Under the pieces are notes generated by a model that ran no database searches, was not told where the DNA came from, and saw only the letters and a program-made list of their open reading frames with translations. A stretch of DNA of 64,000 nucleotides from Gammaproteobacteria bacterium (lineage in GTDB: Bacteria > Pseudomonadota > Gammaproteobacteria > JBCCGL01), in contig OZ255836.1 in assembly GCA_965277715.1 (NCBI GenBank), positions 320,001 through 384,000 on the forward strand, written 5' to 3'. The translations under genes were made by a program, and so were the position numbers. Positions 59,701-64,000 of this stretch are shown here, piece after piece. Numbering within the stretch: the stretch's first letter is position 1; each line of letters begins with the position of its first letter.

Positions 59701-61083
59701 ACCGGTGTGGCACAGGCCATTACCATAACGGTGACCGATCTTAACGATACCGCCCCGGTAATAACCAGCGCCAATAGCGCCAGCGTAGCGGAGAACAGCA
59801 CCATCGTATTGACGCTGGTGGCGACTGATGCCGATACCACCGGCGAGGCCACGGTTTTCATCCTGGGCGGTGATGATGCCAGTCTGTTTACCGTTACTGG
59901 CAGTGTATTGGCGTTTACTGCCGCACCGGATTTTGAAACCCCGGTTTGCGGTGGCGATAATGTCTGTACTATCACCGCCACGCCCGGTGATAGCGTCAAT
60001 ACCGGGGTGGCGCAGGCGATCACGATAACGGTGACCGGTCTGCCCACACTTACCCTTGTCGACGCCAGCACTCCAGAGGGAGATACCGGTACCAGCACTG
60101 CGAATATCACTGTCACCCTGGCACAATTTGACCAAAGTGCCGATGTGAGCTTTACCGTGACCGATGGCACGGCCACCTTGACGGACAACGACTACAGCGC
60201 CACCGCCAGCGGCACCTTGAGCTTTACCGGCGGTGCTACCACGGCGACTATTCCCATTACCGTAAATGGTGATACACGCATAGAAACGGATGAAACGGTG
60301 ACGATCACCCTCAGCAACCCGGTCAATGCCGAGCTGGCAGTCGATACCATGGCGACACTCACCATCACCAACGATGACTTCGCCGCCCTCAACGACACCG
60401 GTATTCAATTTGCCGGGGTTTTCCCCAATGGGAACAACAGCAATTGTAGCGATAACCCCGCCACCAACACCGTGCTGGCGCAGCAAGACTGTACCAATGG
60501 CAGAGACGCACAAGCGACAGCGGGCACACTGATAAAAGTCGGCGGTGGTCAAGCCGGTTTTGACTTTACTAAGCTGGGGGGCGACGGCACCCCGCTGACG
60601 ATTCAAAATGCCACCTACAGCGATACTGGCAATGAGGCGAACGGCACCATGTGGTCATGCGTGAGGGATAATCGCACTGGTTTGGTCTGGGAGGTAAAAA
60701 CTGCCGCCAATCGAAACACCACCTACCGTTGGGGTGGCTTGACGGCGGTGGGCCGCACAAGCCTTGATCGCCAAGGCAGCTATTTTGACGACTGGAATAC
60801 TCTGGTAAACACGGCTAACGCCAATACCGGTCTGTGCGGTTTCACCGATTGGCGCGTGCCGAAGCTGTATACCCTGCAAACTATCGTAAATAAAGGCAGG
60901 TTTAACCTCGCTATAGACAGTAGCTATTTTCCCAACATCGGGAGCGGTAGTTTTTATTGGTCTTCTTCCCCGCTGGCCCGGCTTAGTAACAGTGTCTGGT
61001 TTATCGATTTCAATAATGGCAATGATTTTAACTTCAACCGCGATAGCGCCCTAAGGGTTCGATTGGTTCGCGGCGGACAGTAG
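56710..61083 (+). CDS. Giant lipoprotein adhesin: PKD/Ig-like, cadherin-like x5, Calx-beta and C-terminal DUF1566 (Lcl/C-type-lectin-like) domains
   Basis: RBS AGGAG; lipobox LCAC; AGADQTV..SYAW.QT.G, PNANFNGSDQFTF, APVITS..APDFE, GDTRIETDET; LNDTGI..QDC..GRD..GFDFTKL..WSCVRDN.TGL.WE..CGFTDWR.P..YWSSS..VRLVR. Confidence 0.88.
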   Translation: MTTLYPRTLWFFLLPCLLCACDFGASSSPSAPSSRVILGPIVGAQITAVRASSVSTAIETTTTLVSNDLNTAGGFTLSLPGVADSEFILVTVIGGRDIDADGDGTLDATPTPNNGVIRALATAADWRAGVHVTVFTEIQVQQLIGNNLQALQNLTSTAITQSLDTTAQRLLHSDADVNGDGQTNYRDTLQFTPTNNSFPLSVSRNQINQIAQRIRQGESADASQLIDNLISLNVAAGADQTVEPGNTVTLNGSAQSSRTGAILSYAWTQTGGTTLTLNNANSADASFTVPSVSTTQTLIFLLTVADGLGITATDSVRIQVDQQPVPNAHPSVAAGADQTVTEGASVSLSGTATDSDGTIARVQWSQTTGPSVTLNTAESINASFTAPQVDTSGVSLSFTVTATDDNGASSSDSITVTVNDIPPPANIIPVATAQALSVDEDGSVSVTLSGTDADGSVTGFAISAAPANGSLSGTAPNLSYTPNANFNGSDQFTFTVTDNQMAVSSPAMVSITVNSVNDLPTANAGPDQAVGEQTIVALTATASSDSDGTIASYAWVETSGSGITLSNAATATASFTAPTFATDTALTFRLTVTDNQGGVSTDDIAVTVQDVNNQAPVITSANSASVAENTTVVLTLTATDADTTGEATVFTLGGDDASLFTVTGSALAFTAAPDFDTPVCGGDNACTITATPSDGINTGVAQAITITVTDLNDTAPVITSANSASVAENSTIVLTLVATDADTTGEATVFTLGGDDASLFTVTGSVLAFTVAPDFETPVCGGDNACTITATPSDGINTGVAQAITITVTDLNDTAPVITSANSASVAENTTVVLTLTATDADTTGEATVFTLGGDDAGLFTVTGSALAFTAAPDFETPVCGGDNVCTITATPSDGINTGVAQAITITVTDLNDTAPVITSANSASVAENTTVVLTLTATDADTTGEATVFTLGGDDASLFTVTGSVLAFTAAPDFETPVCGGDNVCTITATPSDSVNTGVAQAITITVTDLNDTAPVITSANSASVAENSTIVLTLVATDADTTGEATVFILGGDDASLFTVTGSVLAFTAAPDFETPVCGGDNVCTITATPGDSVNTGVAQAITITVTGLPTLTLVDASTPEGDTGTSTANITVTLAQFDQSADVSFTVTDGTATLTDNDYSATASGTLSFTGGATTATIPITVNGDTRIETDETVTITLSNPVNAELAVDTMATLTITNDDFAALNDTGIQFAGVFPNGNNSNCSDNPATNTVLAQQDCTNGRDAQATAGTLIKVGGGQAGFDFTKLGGDGTPLTIQNATYSDTGNEANGTMWSCVRDNRTGLVWEVKTAANRNTTYRWGGLTAVGRTSLDRQGSYFDDWNTLVNTANANTGLCGFTDWRVPKLYTLQTIVNKGRFNLAIDSSYFPNIGSGSFYWSSSPLARLSNSVWFIDFNNGNDFNFNRDSALRVRLVRGGQ
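58552..60038 (+). repeat. Five near-identical 300-bp tandem repeats (100-aa cadherin-like domains)
   Basis: Units start at 58552, 58852, 59152, 59452 and 59752. Confidence 0.95.
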
Positions 61084-61166
61084 TTTTTATTTTTCTTATG
61101 AGTATTTACTTGAGTTGAAAGCAATGCCAGTTGCGTGAATTATTGATTATAAAGTGAGAGAGCACC

Positions 61167-61691
61167 ATGAAAAAAACCCTGTTAACCCCTGTTTTAGTTT
61201 TACTGATTGGCCTTTTTGCGCTGCACCAGGCCGCCATGGCACAAACCATCGTCAGTTATATTGACGATGACTGGCCAAATAGCCGCTATAGCGTGCAAAC
61301 GAATGGCACGGTGATCGATACCGTGACGGGGCTACAGTGGATACAATGCAGCGAAGGAACCAGTGGGAGTGACTGTGCCACCGGCTCGGCAGCAGGCTTA
61401 AATTGGCAGGCCGCGTTGCAACGTGCGCAAAACAGCAATTTCGCAGGTTTTACTGATTGGCGTCTACCGAATGTGGAGGAGTTGCGTTCGATAGCGGCGC
61501 TTAACCGCTTTAACCCCAGTATTAATGCCACGGCTTTTCCTAATACGCTGAGTATATTTTATTGGTCTTCTTCCCCACTGGCCCGCTTTACTGGCGATGT
61601 CTGGGTTATCGATTTCTCTGATGGCAATGATGGCGACAGCGGTTTTCGCATTAGCAGCTTTAGGGTTCGACTGGTGCGCGGCGGACAGTAG
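61167..61691 (+). CDS. Exported DUF1566 (Lcl C-terminal-like) protein
   Basis: Signal peptide; NGTVID..TGL.W..C..G, AGFTDWRLPNVEELRSI, FYWSSSP, VRLVRGGQ. Confidence 0.9.
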   Translation: MKKTLLTPVLVLLIGLFALHQAAMAQTIVSYIDDDWPNSRYSVQTNGTVIDTVTGLQWIQCSEGTSGSDCATGSAAGLNWQAALQRAQNSNFAGFTDWRLPNVEELRSIAALNRFNPSINATAFPNTLSIFYWSSSPLARFTGDVWVIDFSDGNDGDSGFRISSFRVRLVRGGQ

Positions 61692-62070
61692 TTTTTTTCT
61701 TTTTTTAACGACGATACCGGGGCGAAGGCGCTGAGGTTGAAGAACGACAATAGAACAGTATCCAATGGTCTAAAGGGATTGGCCACACAGCAGGCAAGGG
61801 AGGGTGTTACAGGAACTTAACCAGCGTGGCGACTACAGCGCCCTGGGCCAGTAGTAAGCCTGCCATCCACTTGATGAGGTCCAAACTTAATGGTCTCTAT
61901 CTTTGCGCCTATTGAGGAATTTAGGTTCAAGCGTAGCCAGTGAAGCTGTGACTCTTAGTGGTTCTCTTTGACGAAACAGGGCCAAATCGTCTTTTCCGCA
62001 GTAGAGTAGACCCACAAGCCAAGGAAGAGAACCGGCTGTATGAAATGCTGTCGCTTGAATGAGAAACACC

Positions 62071-62105
62071 TTGTTACCCAGTGCGTCAGTGGTAGAATAC
62101 GCGCT
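62071..62105 (+). promoter_or_regulatory. Probable rpsO promoter
   Basis: TTGTTA..TGG-TAGAAT-ACGCGC (extended -10 and GC-rich discriminator). Confidence 0.5.
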
Positions 62106-62139
62106 CCAAAATTCAGCTCGTTTTAGAGGAACATTGTTA

Positions 62140-62412
62140 ATGTCATGTTTAAGCGCCGCGCAAACGGCAGAGATTATCGACGAATATAAAACCGACTCTA
62201 CGGACACAGGGTCTCCAGAAGTTCAGGTTGCATTGCTGTCCGCCCGTATTACCCACCTGACCGAACACTTCAAACTACATACCCATGACCACCACTCGCG
62301 TCGGGGTTTGATACGCATGGTCAACCAGCGTCGCAAGTTGCTGGATTATCTGAAACGGAAAAATCAGGATCGCTATCAAGACCTGATTAAACGTCTCGGC
62401 CTGCGCCGTTAA
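62140..62412 (+). CDS. rpsO: 30S ribosomal protein S15
   Basis: [34 protein letters not shown]. Confidence 0.97.
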   Translation: MSCLSAAQTAEIIDEYKTDSTDTGSPEVQVALLSARITHLTEHFKLHTHDHHSRRGLIRMVNQRRKLLDYLKRKNQDRYQDLIKRLGLRR

Positions 62413-62436
62413 GCGCGCCAACAGTAGGGAATTCCA

Positions 62437-64000
62437 GTGACTATACATACTAAAACTTTTCAATACGGTGACCACGAGGTCACGATCAAAACCGGCGAAA
62501 TTGCCAGGCAGGCCACTGCCTCTATTGTTGTCAGCATGTCTGATACAGTGGTACTGGTAACTGCAGTGGGGAGAAAGAATGCGGAACCAGGGCGCGATTT
62601 TTTCCCACTCACCATCAACTATCAAGAACGTACTTATGCCGCCGGGAAAATACCCGGCGGTTTTTTTAAGCGCGAAGGTCGGCCAAGTGAGGCTGAAACA
62701 CTGACCTCACGCCTGATCGACCGGCCACTGCGCCCGCTATTTCCCAAGGGTTTCAAAAACGAAGTGCAGATTATCGCGACAGTGATGTCGTTGGATGCTG
62801 AAGTCGATCCCGATATCGTCTCGTTGCTGGGAGCCTCTGCGGCATTGGCCATTTCCGGTTTACCGTTCCAGGGGCCGATTGGTGCAGCACGCGTTGGCTA
62901 TAGCAACGGCGCCTATCAGCTCAACCCAACGCGCAGTGCGCTGGTCAGCTCTGATCTCGATCTGGTGGTTGCAGGTACTGATCAAGCGGTATTAATGGTT
63001 GAGTCGCAAGCGAATATTCTCTCTGAAGAAGTGATGCTCGGTGCGGTTATGTACGGTCATGAGCAGATGCAGGTGGCAATTAATGCCATCAAAGAACTGG
63101 CGGCGGAAGTGAATACGCCTCTGTGGGATTGGCAGGCGGTTGAAGCCAATCAGGTATTGGCAGATGCCGTTGCCAGCGCAATCGGTGACGGCTTACAACA
63201 AGCCTATACCACAGCCGATAAGATGGAGCGCCAGGGTCAGGTGGGCGAGCTGCGCAACCAGGTCGTCGCCGCACTGGCAAACGAAGACAGCGAATGGTCA
63301 GAGGAGGATGTACGCGGTGCATTCTCCAAACTGGAAAAATCACTGGTGCGCAGCCGTGTGCTCGATGGTCACTCGCGTATTGATGGTCGTGATACCAGCA
63401 GTGTACGCCCAATTAGTGTGCAAACCGGTTTGCTGCCACGCACCCACGGTTCAGCGCTGTTTACCCGTGGCGAAACCCAGGCGATTGTCGCCACGACTCT
63501 GGGCACAGGGCGCGATGGCCAGATTATTGATGCGCTGGAAGGCGAGCGTCGTGACAATTTTATGTTGCACTACAACTTCCCCCCTTACTGTGTCGGTGAA
63601 ACCGGTTTTGTCGGTTCACCCAAGCGCCGGGAAATTGGCCATGGAAAACTGGCCAAGCGCGGGGTACAGGCGGTTATGCCTGCTGAAGAGGATTTTCCCT
63701 ATGTTATCCGTGTCGTTTCTGAGATTACTGAATCAAACGGTTCCAGCTCAATGGCCAGTGTTTGTGGTAGCAGCTTATCGATGATGGATGCCGGTGTGCC
63801 TTTGAAAGCACCGGTTGCCGGTATTGCGATGGGTTTGATCAAAGAAGGTGATAAATTTGCCGTATTGTCTGACATTCTGGGTGATGAAGATCACCTCGGT
63901 GATATGGACTTTAAAGTGGCAGGCACCAATGAAGGTATCACCGCCCTGCAGATGGATATCAAAATTGATGGCATTACCGGTGAAATTATGCAGACCGCGC
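62437..64000 (+). CDS. pnp: Polyribonucleotide nucleotidyltransferase (3' end outside window; absent from the ORF track)
   Basis: GTG 62437; [60 protein letters not shown]. Confidence 0.97.
   Translation, partial: MTIHTKTFQYGDHEVTIKTGEIARQATASIVVSMSDTVVLVTAVGRKNAEPGRDFFPLTINYQERTYAAGKIPGGFFKREGRPSEAETLTSRLIDRPLRPLFPKGFKNEVQIIATVMSLDAEVDPDIVSLLGASAALAISGLPFQGPIGAARVGYSNGAYQLNPTRSALVSSDLDLVVAGTDQAVLMVESQANILSEEVMLGAVMYGHEQMQVAINAIKELAAEVNTPLWDWQAVEANQVLADAVASAIGDGLQQAYTTADKMERQGQVGELRNQVVAALANEDSEWSEEDVRGAFSKLEKSLVRSRVLDGHSRIDGRDTSSVRPISVQTGLLPRTHGSALFTRGETQAIVATTLGTGRDGQIIDALEGERRDNFMLHYNFPPYCVGETGFVGSPKRREIGHGKLAKRGVQAVMPAEEDFPYVIRVVSEITESNGSSSMASVCGSSLSMMDAGVPLKAPVAGIAMGLIKEGDKFAVLSDILGDEDHLGDMDFKVAGTNEGITALQMDIKIDGITGEIMQTA

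Noticed and set aside
58477-60606. Long antisense ORFs (709 and 546 aa)
   Set aside because: Shadows of the repetitive Thr/Ala-rich adhesin; no independent motifs or RBS.
61887-62207. 106-aa minus-strand ORF overlapping rpsO and its promoter
   Set aside because: No recognisable motif (not RT, Avd or TruB); overlaps a conserved gene.
63140-63784. 214-aa plus-strand ORF
   Set aside because: Alternative frame inside pnp, which the track omits because it lacks a stop in the window.

Overview
A gammaproteobacterial chromosome segment. Core genes at the left end are ruvC-ruvA-ruvB, ybgC, tolQRAB-pal-cpoB and tRNA-Lys. Core genes at the right end are tRNA-Arg, prmC-prfA-hemA, TPR-lolB-ispE-tRNA-Gln-prs-rplY-pth-ychF-tRNA-Met and rpsO-pnp. 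Between the convergent tRNA-Lys and tRNA-Arg lies a ~37.7-kb accessory region with four parts: (i) nested, mostly decayed IS elements (IS4, IS21, IS3, IS5, IS66, ISKra4, ISL3), a YefM-YoeB toxin-antitoxin pair and relics of ArdC, TPR and DUF2726 genes; (ii) an integron with a dead integrase, an attI-like site, 14 attC sites and 15 cassettes; (iii) an 8-kb Rhs/YD gene with a signal peptide, two long coiled-coil insertions and a Tae4-like amidase tip, plus a candidate immunity gene; (iv) a second IS66 copy. A second islet after tRNA-Met holds an ISAs1 relic, a giant repeat lipoprotein adhesin and a small exported protein. Both proteins end in DUF1566 domains whose 3' ends differ in a pattern typical of diversity-generating retroelements (DGRs). 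They are followed by a structured non-coding tract, but no reverse transcriptase, avd gene or template repeat is present. Product calls rest on motif recognition and synteny only; no searches were run.
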